From an uncultured Sangeribacter sp. (GTDB lineage Bacteria; Bacteroidota; Bacteroidia; Bacteroidales; Muribaculaceae), in contig CAZQSD010000002.1 in NCBI GenBank assembly GCA_964595885.1, positions 16,036 through 80,035 on the forward strand: a stretch of DNA of 64,000 nucleotides, read 5' to 3'. The translations under genes and the position numbers were made by a program. Below are positions 46,778 to 56,796 of this stretch, piece by piece (position 1 is the first letter of the stretch; every line of letters starts with the position of its first letter). The notes below the pieces were generated by a model, which saw nothing but the letters and a program-made list of their open reading frames with translations, was not told the DNA's origin and did no database searches.

Positions 46778-48402
46778 TTTTCCAGTTTTATGTCGACCGG
46801 CGACTTGCCTGCTTTAAGCAGACTCTTGGCTTCTCCGACTGCCTTGTCGTCTTCATTAAGCAATTCAATAAATGAAGCATATCCCAAGACATCACGTGCA
46901 ATCATTGCCTTGATCTGATTAAGAAGCAAATCGCGCGACTGATTAATATAATACCATCTTGCAGGCACACCGTTCTTGGCAGCATATGACACGAAATTAT
47001 CAAGTAACGTATTGTCACGCGGCAGAATCTTCAATAGACGATCTATGCTCTTCACACCATTAAGCATATCACGATATTTGTCTGCCACAGAGAATGCGAA
47101 TTTCTGTATCAAGCCGTTGTTTGCCACATTAATATAATACGATGTATAGCCTGTGGTGTCTTCCGGAACAAATATATCGGGCATAATGCCCCCTCCCCCA
47201 TATACTGTTCTTCCATTTAACGTTGTAAAGATTTTACTTTTGTCAAGCTTTACACTGTCTGCATTATAGAATTCACCGTGAGTGAACCGATCTATTAGAT
47301 CGAGATCATACTTTTCTGACTCCCCTCTTACATATTCTTTCTGAATCGAACGACCTGAAGGAGTGTAATAGCGTGCTACAGTGAGGCGAATCGCAGAACT
47401 GTCAGGTAGTTCAGTCTGATTCTGCACAAGACCTTTACCGAATGTGCGTCGTCCTACCACCAACCCACGATCATTGTCTTGTATGGCACCAGCAAAGATT
47501 TCAGAGGCAGATGCAGACGACTCATTAGTAAGCACCGTTATTTCTGCATCAAGAAACTTACCACTGCCATCGCTTATGGCCATCGTCTCATTTTCATGCC
47601 GACGACCCTTGGTGTAGACAATCATTTTCCCCGCCGGAAGAAACTCGTTAGCCATATAGATTGCCTGATCCATAAATCCTCCGCTATTCCCCCGAAGATC
47701 TATAATAAATTTTTTTGCCCCCTCTTCCTTTAAATCGTTAAGGGCATTGAAAAATTCCATATATGTATTTCGGGAGAATTTTGTAACTCTCAAGTAACCA
47801 ATTTCCTCATCTAACATATAAGCCACATCAACTGAATTAACAGGTATGTCACCCCGGATAACGTCGAATTTTAAATTTTCAGGTGAATTACTACGCTTTA
47901 CAAGAAGCTCAACTTTCGTTCCTTTCTGTCCCCTTAGATTTTTAAATACACTTTCTGATGTGACATTTTTTCCTGTGAGAGAAACCGTATCAGCTTTTAT
48001 AATTCTGTCTCCCTGCAGAATGCCTACCTTCTCTGCCGGGCCTCCTGGAATTACTTCAATTACCCTGACTGAATCATTGACAATCTGGAAGGAAATACCC
48101 ACCCCACTAAACGAACCCGCAAGATCATCGTTGACGCCGGTCAACTCATCAGATGATATATAGGCAGAATGAGGATCAAGAGATGTCAGCAAATTTGGTA
48201 AAGTGGCTTCTATAAGAGAATCAATATCAATCTTATCAACGTATTCTGTCTCTACAAGACGTAACACAGTACGGAGCTTCTCTTGCTCCGGAGACAGACT
48301 CCTCTTTGTAATGTAAGAGCCAATAAACACCCCTCCAATAATGCCGCAACTCAACAACAAAGGGATCGCTACAAGTCCGAGATTTCTTTTATTATTCATC
48401 AA
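46774..48402 (-). CDS. ctp: S41-family carboxy-terminal processing peptidase
   Basis: PDZ segment, catalytic region NESSASASEIFAGAIQDNDRGLVVGRRTFGKG, and an N-terminal membrane anchor. Confidence 0.9.
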   Translation of the reverse strand: MMNNKRNLGLVAIPLLLSCGIIGGVFIGSYITKRSLSPEQEKLRTVLRLVETEYVDKIDIDSLIEATLPNLLTSLDPHSAYISSDELTGVNDDLAGSFSGVGISFQIVNDSVRVIEVIPGGPAEKVGILQGDRIIKADTVSLTGKNVTSESVFKNLRGQKGTKVELLVKRSNSPENLKFDVIRGDIPVNSVDVAYMLDEEIGYLRVTKFSRNTYMEFFNALNDLKEEGAKKFIIDLRGNSGGFMDQAIYMANEFLPAGKMIVYTKGRRHENETMAISDGSGKFLDAEITVLTNESSASASEIFAGAIQDNDRGLVVGRRTFGKGLVQNQTELPDSSAIRLTVARYYTPSGRSIQKEYVRGESEKYDLDLIDRFTHGEFYNADSVKLDKSKIFTTLNGRTVYGGGGIMPDIFVPEDTTGYTSYYINVANNGLIQKFAFSVADKYRDMLNGVKSIDRLLKILPRDNTLLDNFVSYAAKNGVPARWYYINQSRDLLLNQIKAMIARDVLGYASFIELLNEDDKAVGEAKSLLKAGKSPVDIKLEK

Positions 48403-48826
48403 CTTCAGGGATATGGGTCACTTCTATACCGGCTTCTCTCAAAAGATCTATACCGTCTGTTATCCTGTATAATTCAGAGAAAACCACTCTGCGGATTCCT
48501 GCTTGAATAATCAACTTCGCACACTCAATACACGGACTCGCCGTGACGTAAAGCGTGCTTCCGTCACTTGAATTATTACTTCTGGCAACTTTTGTAATGG
48601 CATTTGCCTCAGCGTGCAACACATAAGGGAAAGTGACATTTGATTCATCTTCGCATACATTCGGGAAACCCGAAGGGGTGCCGTTAAAGCCATCAGATAT
48701 GATCATCTTATCCTTAACAAGAAGTGCACCTACTTTTCTACGCACACAATATGAATTCTCACTCCATATCTTTGCCATGCGCAGATAGCGCACATCAAGT
48801 GCAAACCTTTTGTCTCTTTTCTCCAT
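48392..48826 (-). CDS. dCMP deaminase (ComEB/cytidine-deoxycytidylate deaminase family)
   Basis: Zinc motifs HAEANAI and PCIECAKLI; 144 aa. Confidence 0.85.
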   Translation of the reverse strand: MEKRDKRFALDVRYLRMAKIWSENSYCVRRKVGALLVKDKMIISDGFNGTPSGFPNVCEDESNVTFPYVLHAEANAITKVARSNNSSDGSTLYVTASPCIECAKLIIQAGIRRVVFSELYRITDGIDLLREAGIEVTHIPEVDE

Positions 48827-48872
48827 ATGTAAAACTGCTTTGAGAGTGTTAAGCCGATTTATTTAGACAATG

Positions 48873-48918
48873 CGTAGAGAGAGACCGATATTGATTTTCC
48901 TCACGGACTCTCTCTACG
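48873..48918 (-). terminator. Hairpin after trxB (minus strand)
   Basis: CGTAGAGAGAGACCG/CGGACTCTCTCTACG, a 15-bp stem with one mismatch and a 16-nt loop. The U-tract is weak. Confidence 0.45.
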
Positions 48919-48932
48919 TATATTAAACGCTT

Positions 48933-49880
48933 TTACAGCTCAGAATGTTCCATAAGGAACTTTTCAGCATCCAAGGCAGCGCGGCATCCTGTGCCGGCCG
49001 CAGAAATTGCCTGACGATAACGTGGGTCAGCACAATCGCCGGCCGCAAACACACCGGGCACGTTGGTAAGGGTGGTGGCCCCTTCTACTTTTACATATCC
49101 CTCCTCATCAAGATCAACTTGACCTCGGAAGATCTCTGTGTTTGGTCTGTGGCCGATTGCAAGGAAAAAGCCATCAATTTCAATATCGAATCTTGACTCT
49201 TCGGGAGTGCCTATATTTTTAACGATATGTGCCCCTTCAAGACCATCCTCTCCATAAAGGCCCTCGGTGTTGCAATGGAAAAGAATCTCTATGTTCTCTT
49301 TTTCCTTTACTCGGCGCTGCATTACGTCAGAAGCACGTAACACACCGCGTCTGACAATAAGGTAAACCTTCTTTGCAAGTGTGGAAAGATATAGGGCTTC
49401 TTCACAGGCAGTGTCACCACCACCTACTACAGCCACATTTTTCTTTCTATAAAAGAAACCGTCGCAAGTAGCACATGCACTTACACCCAATCCACGATAC
49501 TTCTCTTCATCAGCCAGGCCAAGATATTTTGCCGAAGCGCCGGTAGAGATGATTACAGTCTCAGCAATAATCACATCACCCTTCTCATCTTCGCAACGGA
49601 AAGGACGGGTTGAAAAATCTACTTTGGTTATTACTCTTGAGCGTATGTCAGCTCCAAAACGGAGTGCCTGCTGACGGAAATGCTCCATCATTTCCGGCCC
49701 CTGAACTCCTTCCGGATAGCCGGGGAAGTTTTCGATTTCAGTAGTCTGCATGAGTTGGCCACCTGGCTGGTTACCCTCATATATTACCGGACGAAGGTTT
49801 GCCCTTGACGCATATAATCCGGCGGTATAGCCGGCCGGCCCTGAGCCTATCACAAGTACTCGAGTTTTTTCTTCTGCCAT
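48933..49880 (-). CDS. trxB: Thioredoxin-disulfide reductase
   Basis: FAD-binding motif VIGSGPAGYTA, redox-active CATCDG, and NADPH motif VVGGGDTACEEA. Start chosen at MAEEKTR. Confidence 0.95.
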   Translation of the reverse strand: MAEEKTRVLVIGSGPAGYTAGLYASRANLRPVIYEGNQPGGQLMQTTEIENFPGYPEGVQGPEMMEHFRQQALRFGADIRSRVITKVDFSTRPFRCEDEKGDVIIAETVIISTGASAKYLGLADEEKYRGLGVSACATCDGFFYRKKNVAVVGGGDTACEEALYLSTLAKKVYLIVRRGVLRASDVMQRRVKEKENIEILFHCNTEGLYGEDGLEGAHIVKNIGTPEESRFDIEIDGFFLAIGHRPNTEIFRGQVDLDEEGYVKVEGATTLTNVPGVFAAGDCADPRYRQAISAAGTGCRAALDAEKFLMEHSEL

Positions 49881-49992
49881 GATATTTAATTTTTGTTTAT
49901 CCTCCATAACAAAGAATATTATGGAGAGAAATAATGATAAATGATTAAAATCTATATATAAAACGTTTTTATTTCAATTTCGTATACATTCT

Positions 49993-50616
49993 TTATCTCA
50001 GATCAATTATTTCCGCTTTTGGATATTTTGATTTTGGATATTCAAAATCGGAAGCGTTGACAGGAGCACCCGGGTTGAAAGATGTTACATCGATTGTCAT
50101 CGCGCCTCCTGAAGTAGTCACAACTATTCTCTCAGTATGAAAAGTTTTTGCATTTATAGTAAACGTAAGTTTCTTTAACCCGGATTTGTTTTTTATCGGA
50201 AACAGATCGATCACATACTTACCATTACGTTTTACCGGAGAGAACTTATATGTGTAATTCCCTCCTGCACCTTTTACATACAACAATGGGTTTGATTCCA
50301 TGAGTTCCTCGGCTGTCGGTGTAGTGACAGTCGTCTCGCCAATTCTCGGATTATACGTATAGAGGGCTTTCCCGTTATACCATGTCGAAACTTCCGGAAG
50401 ATTCACGACAAATTTATTCCCCGAACTTTTTATTGAACCATTAGATTTCCTGCCATTGCCGTTAAGAGAGAAAGAAGCAGAAATAGTCTTGGAGTCTGTA
50501 ATGACTGAAGCGGCCTTTTGTGCCACCTGCTCCGGAGTTAATGCGCCATATGAAGGGTTAGCAAAAAACATGGCCACCACGCCCAAAAGTATCATTACAA
50601 TATATTTTCTTTTCAT
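49993..50616 (-). CDS. lolA: LolA-like outer-membrane lipoprotein carrier protein
   Basis: 207-aa secreted protein immediately downstream of ftsK (the conserved ftsK-lolA arrangement), with a beta-rich LolA-like sequence. Confidence 0.7.
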   Translation of the reverse strand: MKRKYIVMILLGVVAMFFANPSYGALTPEQVAQKAASVITDSKTISASFSLNGNGRKSNGSIKSSGNKFVVNLPEVSTWYNGKALYTYNPRIGETTVTTPTAEELMESNPLLYVKGAGGNYTYKFSPVKRNGKYVIDLFPIKNKSGLKKLTFTINAKTFHTERIVVTTSGGAMTIDVTSFNPGAPVNASDFEYPKSKYPKAEIIDLR

Positions 50617-50626
50617 AGCCTTTCGT

Positions 50627-53506
50627 TTATGGATTTAGAATTGATTCAAGAGTTATGGCATCTACAAGCACAGATCGTGGTTTCCCTCCATGCGCAGGAC
50701 CGACGATCCCGGCCGCCTCAAGCTGGTCCATGATCTTTCCGGCACGGTTGTATCCAATAGAATAACGGCGCTGCAAAGAAGATGTGGAGGCCGTATTGGA
50801 AGTGACAACAAGACGTGCAATCTCTTCAAACAGAGGATCTTTATCACCGAAATTATTTCCTATCTCACTATCGCTCTCCCCATTGCCAGTCACTACCGGA
50901 TCAGGCAATTCATATGCTCCCTGCCCATAGGGCTGCCGCTCTATATAATCACAAATCTCCTCCACCTCGGGGGTATCTATGAACGCACATTGCACACGCA
51001 CCATCGGGGAACTATTGCTTATCAACATGTCGCCACGTCCAATCAATTGCTGTGCACCGGTGGTGTCAAGAATTGTTTTACTGTCAACTCCTGAACTTAC
51101 CTTAAATGCGATACGGGCCGGAAAGTTTGCCTTAATTATACCGGTAATAACGTTAGTAGAAGGGCGCTGCGTGGCTATAATGACATGCATGCCCACAGCA
51201 CGAGCCTTCTGGGCGAGTCGGGCAATTGGGATCTCCACCTCTTTTCCGGCTGTCATGATAAGATCACTGAACTCATCGACAACCACAACAATATAAGGCA
51301 GAAACCTATGACCATCCAAAGGATTAAGCTTTCCATCTTTTATCTTGTCATTATATTCTATTAGATTTCTGGCATGAGCATCCTTTAGAAGCTGATAGCG
51401 GTTGTCCATCTCTACACATAGCGAGCTTAACGTTGCTACCACCTTATCCATATCCGTTATTATTGCATCTTCAGCTCCCGGAATCTTGGCAAGATAATGT
51501 TTCTCAATCTTTGCATAAAGACTGAATTCCACCATCTTCGGGTCAATCATCACGAACTTCAACTCATCTGGTGTCTTTCTATATAATAAGGAGGCAATTA
51601 TGGCATTCAAGCCAACTGATTTACCCTGGCCAGTTGCGCCTGCCACCAGCAAATGAGGCATCTTTGCCAAATCGGCTATATACACTTCATTGGAAATAGT
51701 TGAACCCAAAGCAATAGGCAATTTGTATTTTGATTCCTGATATGTGCGTGATTTTATTACCGTACGCATTGACACAGTCTGCGGATCTTTGTTGGCTACC
51801 TCGATACCTACTGTCCCCTTGCCTGGAATAGGGGCGATAATTCGCACGCCTTCAGCGGAGAGCGATAGAGCGATGTCATCTACCAATGAGCGTATTTTGG
51901 CTATCCTCACGCCTTTATCAGGAACAATCTCATACAAGGTCACGGTAGGACCTACGGTAGCCTCAATGCTTATGATTGGAATACCGAAATCAAGTAGCGT
52001 CTTCCTGATCTTATCCTTATTTTCAAGCTGTTCCTGAGCATCGACACTTATTTTTACCACTCCATCACGCAAAATCTCCACCGGCGGGAATTTATAAGGA
52101 CGTCTCTGGGGCACTCCAGTGTTTTCAGCAACTCGTTGCGGCTCGATTTGATCAATTGTATTCACATTGATCCTCATGGGATCTTCCTCATCTTCCTCAA
52201 TATCCACCTCAGAAGGCACCGGAACACTCTCCGTAGAAACTTGATCTACAGCAGAGTTATCCGAAACAGGATCCTCTATCTTCTCCCCCCCTGCATCTGG
52301 CTCCGCCATATGTATTGGCTCCTTATCAGCAGAAGCTACAGGCGATTGAGCCGTTTGATTGATATCTGTTGATCGCACGGCATGGGTTGCTTTTTTCTCC
52401 TCTGAATCCTCAAAATCAGGAAGGGAAGTATATAGCCCTGTCTCGACATTCGAGAATGTCATGGGTTTGTCATCCTCAACCGCCTCATCATTTGACACAG
52501 CAGCTCCTTCCCCGGATTTTGCGGCCGCTACCTGCTCATAATGACGCATCTCTTCTATCTCCTGTTCCCTCTGAAGACGGAGTTCCCGCTTCTCTGCTTC
52601 AATACGTTTCTTCTCATCATATTTCCGTTTTATCTGAATTATCCAGTTGATCAAATCACGCAGACAGATAACTACAAAACATGATATCATAAACACACAT
52701 AGAATCAAAGCTCCGGTCATTCCAAGGAAATGCATGACAAATTCATTTACATATCTTCCGTGATAACCTCCCCAGTTCACAGGTGATTGGAAGCTTATAG
52801 TGAGTAAGCCAACAATCAGTGAAACGGTTATAAGGGCAACCAAAGATTTTATCGTAAAATCAACAGACTTAAACCGAGGTTTTCCTACCAGTTGCTTAAG
52901 GGTCATGCCAAAAAGCCAGACTATTATCACAAATGACCCCAGACCAAAACATTCATTGATCAGGAATTCAGATATACGCGCGCCCCCCTCTCCTGCCTTA
53001 TTGGCAATCAACATGGAGTAACCTATCGGAGTATTATTAACCTCCGACTGGTCTTTTATGCATGTGGAGAAATATGACAGGAACGCCACTGTGAGGTAGA
53101 CAGCAAGAAATCCCATAAATAGACCCAATAACCAACGGAAGGTCTGACTATTGACAAAAGCCTTGATTCTTTGGTCAAGAGGTACCTGAGGCGTTTTGCG
53201 GACCTTACGTTCTTTAGGTTCGCGAATCTCCCTGGGCTCTCGCACCTCTTTCCGATTCTTTCTTTCCGAAGTCGGTTTAGGAGCCGCCTGCTTTCTTTCC
53301 CTTTTGTTCGTATCGCCTTTTTCAGATGGCCTCTTCGGAGATGATGGTTTAAATTCATCCGACACAGAAGGCAAATTATCCAAAGCGTCTGTCGACTCCG
53401 TGCTATCCGAAGTGTCAGGATAATCTGGAGTCGCCAGATTTTCATAATCTGGAATATCATCCGTTTCAGGAATTGTAGGATTATAGGTATCGTATTTCTT
53501 TTTCAT
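50627..53506 (-). CDS. ftsK: DNA translocase FtsK/SpoIIIE
   Basis: N-terminal charged region, 4-5 TM helices, a long acidic linker, a motor domain with Walker A (GATGQGKSV) and Walker B (IVVVVDEF), and a C-terminal gamma (winged-helix) domain. Confidence 0.95.
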   Translation of the reverse strand: MKKKYDTYNPTIPETDDIPDYENLATPDYPDTSDSTESTDALDNLPSVSDEFKPSSPKRPSEKGDTNKRERKQAAPKPTSERKNRKEVREPREIREPKERKVRKTPQVPLDQRIKAFVNSQTFRWLLGLFMGFLAVYLTVAFLSYFSTCIKDQSEVNNTPIGYSMLIANKAGEGGARISEFLINECFGLGSFVIIVWLFGMTLKQLVGKPRFKSVDFTIKSLVALITVSLIVGLLTISFQSPVNWGGYHGRYVNEFVMHFLGMTGALILCVFMISCFVVICLRDLINWIIQIKRKYDEKKRIEAEKRELRLQREQEIEEMRHYEQVAAAKSGEGAAVSNDEAVEDDKPMTFSNVETGLYTSLPDFEDSEEKKATHAVRSTDINQTAQSPVASADKEPIHMAEPDAGGEKIEDPVSDNSAVDQVSTESVPVPSEVDIEEDEEDPMRINVNTIDQIEPQRVAENTGVPQRRPYKFPPVEILRDGVVKISVDAQEQLENKDKIRKTLLDFGIPIISIEATVGPTVTLYEIVPDKGVRIAKIRSLVDDIALSLSAEGVRIIAPIPGKGTVGIEVANKDPQTVSMRTVIKSRTYQESKYKLPIALGSTISNEVYIADLAKMPHLLVAGATGQGKSVGLNAIIASLLYRKTPDELKFVMIDPKMVEFSLYAKIEKHYLAKIPGAEDAIITDMDKVVATLSSLCVEMDNRYQLLKDAHARNLIEYNDKIKDGKLNPLDGHRFLPYIVVVVDEFSDLIMTAGKEVEIPIARLAQKARAVGMHVIIATQRPSTNVITGIIKANFPARIAFKVSSGVDSKTILDTTGAQQLIGRGDMLISNSSPMVRVQCAFIDTPEVEEICDYIERQPYGQGAYELPDPVVTGNGESDSEIGNNFGDKDPLFEEIARLVVTSNTASTSSLQRRYSIGYNRAGKIMDQLEAAGIVGPAHGGKPRSVLVDAITLESILNP

Positions 53507-53526
53507 TAATTCTTCTTTTCGAAGTG

Positions 53527-53534
53527 CAAAGTTA
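53527..53534 (-). promoter_or_regulatory. -7 promoter box (TAACTTTG on the minus strand) for ftsK
   Basis: The plus strand reads CAAAGTTA, 21 nt upstream of the ATG at 53506. Confidence 0.45.
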
Positions 53535-53637
53535 ACGATAAAATCACTTTTTTCCTAAGATGATATTTCAAAAAGATTCAGTTTTTTCAAAAAATTTCCC
53601 AATAAGCTTTAAATACTCCCCTACCCTATCTGAAAAA

Positions 53638-54426
53638 TCAGCTCTCAACAACAGTTTTAATAGCCGGAATATTATATCCTTCCGCCCTATTGACAGCCAT
53701 ATCTTTTTTCCCGGGACTGATTATTACCGGCATGCCGGAATCAACCATTTCTACCAGTTTCATTATATTTTCATTATTAAGACGTATGCAGCCATGACTA
53801 CGTCTTCCTCCGATGCTCCAGGGTGCTGATGTGCCATGTATACCGATAGAATTTGTGATTGGAGTGTTCAGACGTATGAAACGTGGGCCAAATTCACCTG
53901 TCTTCGGACTCTCAACACCATTTTCATCTACATAATGCCACGACTCACTATTATGCACCTTTTTAACTGAGAAAAAGCCTTCTGGAGTACGACAATCCCA
54001 ACCTTTATGTTTGGTGCCATAATTCTTTGCACATGCCATTCCAAAACTGGTCTGTTCCACTCCATATTTATCAAACTTAATGACTTTCATTCTCCCTTTA
54101 TCCACCACAATAAAACCGTCATGTTTATTATTAAGCAATTTTGTGGCATACTCAAGAGCATCTTCAGTCATTTTTGGCAAAATGCCGTGACTATATTCGT
54201 CCCAATGTTCAGATTCCTTCATATATTCTAATGCTTCCTCAGCAGATGTAAAGCTTAAAGGCTTTTCCTCTTGCGGCAATATGGAATCTTGCCTCTGAGG
54301 AACTTCAGTCAGACCCCTTGTCAGCCCATATTCATACGCTAAATTATCTTCAGCCTTATCACATGCCATAGTAATTCCAGTCATTGCAAGAAAAATGAAA
54401 AGAATATTTTGTAAACGTGTATTCAT
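53638..54426 (-). CDS. L,D-transpeptidase (YkuD-domain) lipoprotein
   Basis: Lipobox-like signal (GITMAC). Catalytic motif IGIHGTSAPWSIGGRRSHGCIRL. Confidence 0.85.
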   Translation of the reverse strand: MNTRLQNILFIFLAMTGITMACDKAEDNLAYEYGLTRGLTEVPQRQDSILPQEEKPLSFTSAEEALEYMKESEHWDEYSHGILPKMTEDALEYATKLLNNKHDGFIVVDKGRMKVIKFDKYGVEQTSFGMACAKNYGTKHKGWDCRTPEGFFSVKKVHNSESWHYVDENGVESPKTGEFGPRFIRLNTPITNSIGIHGTSAPWSIGGRRSHGCIRLNNENIMKLVEMVDSGMPVIISPGKKDMAVNRAEGYNIPAIKTVVES

Positions 54427-54672
54427 AGTAATTAATTTAAATGTTTTTATAATTAATTTATCTGTTTTTACTTTATAACACTTAAAACATAATTTTGGCT
54501 GATGAGATGATTAAAAAAACTTACACTTCAATATTCCCTTATCTGTTCTCTCTATAATTAGTCCAACATTATTATATCTAATCCGCTATTACTCAGCTAA
54601 TTTTTAATTCCAGCATAAAAATTAATCCACTTCTTGTTTGATATATGAGAAAAATTAGCTAATTTCGCAATA

Positions 54673-54861
54673 TTGAAGAATTTTGTTAAAATAGCCGGTT
54701 TAACCATTTTGGCTCTGGTGTGGGTATGGCTTTGCCAAGCACTCATATTACAGGGAGGAGGCATTAACCTTAAGAATATATTTCTTATTGTTGCCTCCGG
54801 AATAATCATATTCGTACCTTTGTGGAAAAAATATTTCCGGCAAGATAACAATCGAGAATAA
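54673..54861 (+). CDS. Possible small two-TM membrane protein (TTG start), or simply the dxs leader
   Basis: 62-codon ORF with two hydrophobic helices that ends 3 nt before the dxs ATG. It has only a TTG start and no internal Met. Confidence 0.25.
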   Translation: MKNFVKIAGLTILALVWVWLCQALILQGGGINLKNIFLIVASGIIIFVPLWKKYFRQDNNRE

Positions 54862-54864
54862 CAA

Positions 54865-56796
54865 ATGGAACCCAATAACGAAGGCATTCCTCTGCCACTA
54901 TTATCGAGAATAAACTCACCTTCTGACCTGCGGAAATTGTCTGTTGAACAGCTTCCCGCACTTTGTCAGGAAATAAGGGAGTTCTTAATAGCCAATCTAT
55001 CGGTTAATCCGGGTCACTTCGCTTCAAGTATGGGAGCTGTTGACCTTATTGTAGCGTTACATTACGTTTATAACACTCCTGACGATCGGCTCGTATGGGA
55101 TGTAGGCCATCAGGCATATGCCCACAAAATCCTCACTGGCAGACGAGATGTCTTTTCACAACAAAGAACCCTTAATGGAATAAGTGGGTTCCCTAACCCA
55201 TTGGAGAGTGAATGTGACACATTTGTGGCAGGCCATGCCGGAAATTCCATCTCCGCTGCTTTAGGTATGGCTATCGCTGATAAAACCACTCCGGGCCATG
55301 AACATCGTAAGACCGTAGCCATTGTCGGGGACGCATCCATTAGTGGTGGCCTTGCATTTGAAGGTCTTAATAATACTTCAAATAATCCTAATAATCTTCT
55401 TATCGTGCTTAATGACAACGACATGAGCATTGATAATAATGTAGGAGCCTTGCATCGCTACCTCTCCGACCTCACAACATCTGCCGGCTACAACAGATGG
55501 AGAAATAAAATGGCTGGGTATTTCCGTCGCAAAGGCATTCTGACTGAAAACCGGAAGAGAGCCATCATACGTTTCAGCAACTCTGTGAAATCACTTGTTT
55601 CCAAAAAACAAAATATATTCGAAGGTCTTAATATCAGGTATTTCGGACCAATTGATGGGCATGACGTGATTAAATTGGTTAAAATCTTTCGTGAAATAAA
55701 AGATATGGAAGGTCCACGCCTTATCCATCTTTGCACAGTCAAAGGCAAAGGCTACCAACCGGCTGAAGATAATCCGACCATATGGCATGCTCCCGGAAAA
55801 TTCGATCCTTCTACCGGACAGCGCAAGAGTGGGAAAAGCGATGGGCAGCCACTGCTTTGGCAGGAAGTATTCGGTCATACTCTCGTGGAACTGGCAAAAA
55901 AAGATGACTCAGTAGTTGGTGTGACAGCCGCCATGCCAACCGGCACCTCAATGACTTTCCTGGCTAATGAAATGCCCGAAAGAGCCTTTGATGTCGGCAT
56001 TTCTGAAGGACATGCCGTGACTTTTGGTGGAGGCATGGCGGCCGCAGGGAAAAAACCGTTCATAGCTATTTATTCTTCGTTCCTGCAAAGGGCTTATGAT
56101 AATATAATCCATGATGTAGCTATTCAAGGACTGCCTGTTACATTCTGTATTGACCGCGCCGGTATAGTTGGTGAAGATGGTGTTACCCATCACGGACTTT
56201 TCGATCTCGCCTATCTTAACTGTATCCCAGGAATGAGCATAGCCTCTCCGGCTGATGAAGCAAGTCTGCGCAATCTCATGCACACCGCACTTTCATTTAA
56301 TGCTCCGCTCGCTATCCGGTATCCCAGAGGTAAAGCAACGACGCCCAATTGGGAGACACCATTCAAGAATTTAGAATCAGGAAAAGGCCGACAGATAATC
56401 GACAATCCTGAGTCAAATATTGCCATTCTCACACTTGGTCCGGTCCTCCAGGATGCAATGGAAGCAGCCCGGAAACTGAAAGAAAACAATATCTCCGTAG
56501 ATGTATATGACATGATCTGGATGAAACCTCTTGATGGTGAGATTCTTCGTAAGGCAGCCGAAAAATATCACACTATCATCACAGTTGAAGATGGATCACG
56601 CATAGGAGGTTTCGGAACTGCTGTCAGAGAGGCTATTGATACACTCTCTGATAAAGTTAAGGTTGTTTCACTCGGAGTGCCTGATAAGTGGGTGGCACAT
56701 GGATCAGTCGGGCAGTTAAAACATATTTGTGGCTATGACACTGACGGCATCATAGCCGCTGTCAAAAATTGCCTTACCAAAAATTCTGCTAAATGA
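54865..56796 (+). CDS. dxs: 1-deoxy-D-xylulose-5-phosphate synthase
   Basis: GHQAYAHKILTGRRD, the TPP-binding GDASISGGLAFEGLNN, and a transketolase-like C-terminus. Confidence 0.95.
   Translation: MEPNNEGIPLPLLSRINSPSDLRKLSVEQLPALCQEIREFLIANLSVNPGHFASSMGAVDLIVALHYVYNTPDDRLVWDVGHQAYAHKILTGRRDVFSQQRTLNGISGFPNPLESECDTFVAGHAGNSISAALGMAIADKTTPGHEHRKTVAIVGDASISGGLAFEGLNNTSNNPNNLLIVLNDNDMSIDNNVGALHRYLSDLTTSAGYNRWRNKMAGYFRRKGILTENRKRAIIRFSNSVKSLVSKKQNIFEGLNIRYFGPIDGHDVIKLVKIFREIKDMEGPRLIHLCTVKGKGYQPAEDNPTIWHAPGKFDPSTGQRKSGKSDGQPLLWQEVFGHTLVELAKKDDSVVGVTAAMPTGTSMTFLANEMPERAFDVGISEGHAVTFGGGMAAAGKKPFIAIYSSFLQRAYDNIIHDVAIQGLPVTFCIDRAGIVGEDGVTHHGLFDLAYLNCIPGMSIASPADEASLRNLMHTALSFNAPLAIRYPRGKATTPNWETPFKNLESGKGRQIIDNPESNIAILTLGPVLQDAMEAARKLKENNISVDVYDMIWMKPLDGEILRKAAEKYHTIITVEDGSRIGGFGTAVREAIDTLSDKVKVVSLGVPDKWVAHGSVGQLKHICGYDTDGIIAAVKNCLTKNSAK

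Noticed and set aside
50627-53506. The charged, repeat-like N-terminal segment (…REPREIREPKERKVRK…) and long acidic linker of FtsK as something unusual.
   Set aside because: FtsK N-terminal extensions and linkers are highly variable, low-complexity regions in many bacteria. Nothing here suggests a separate gene or a fusion.
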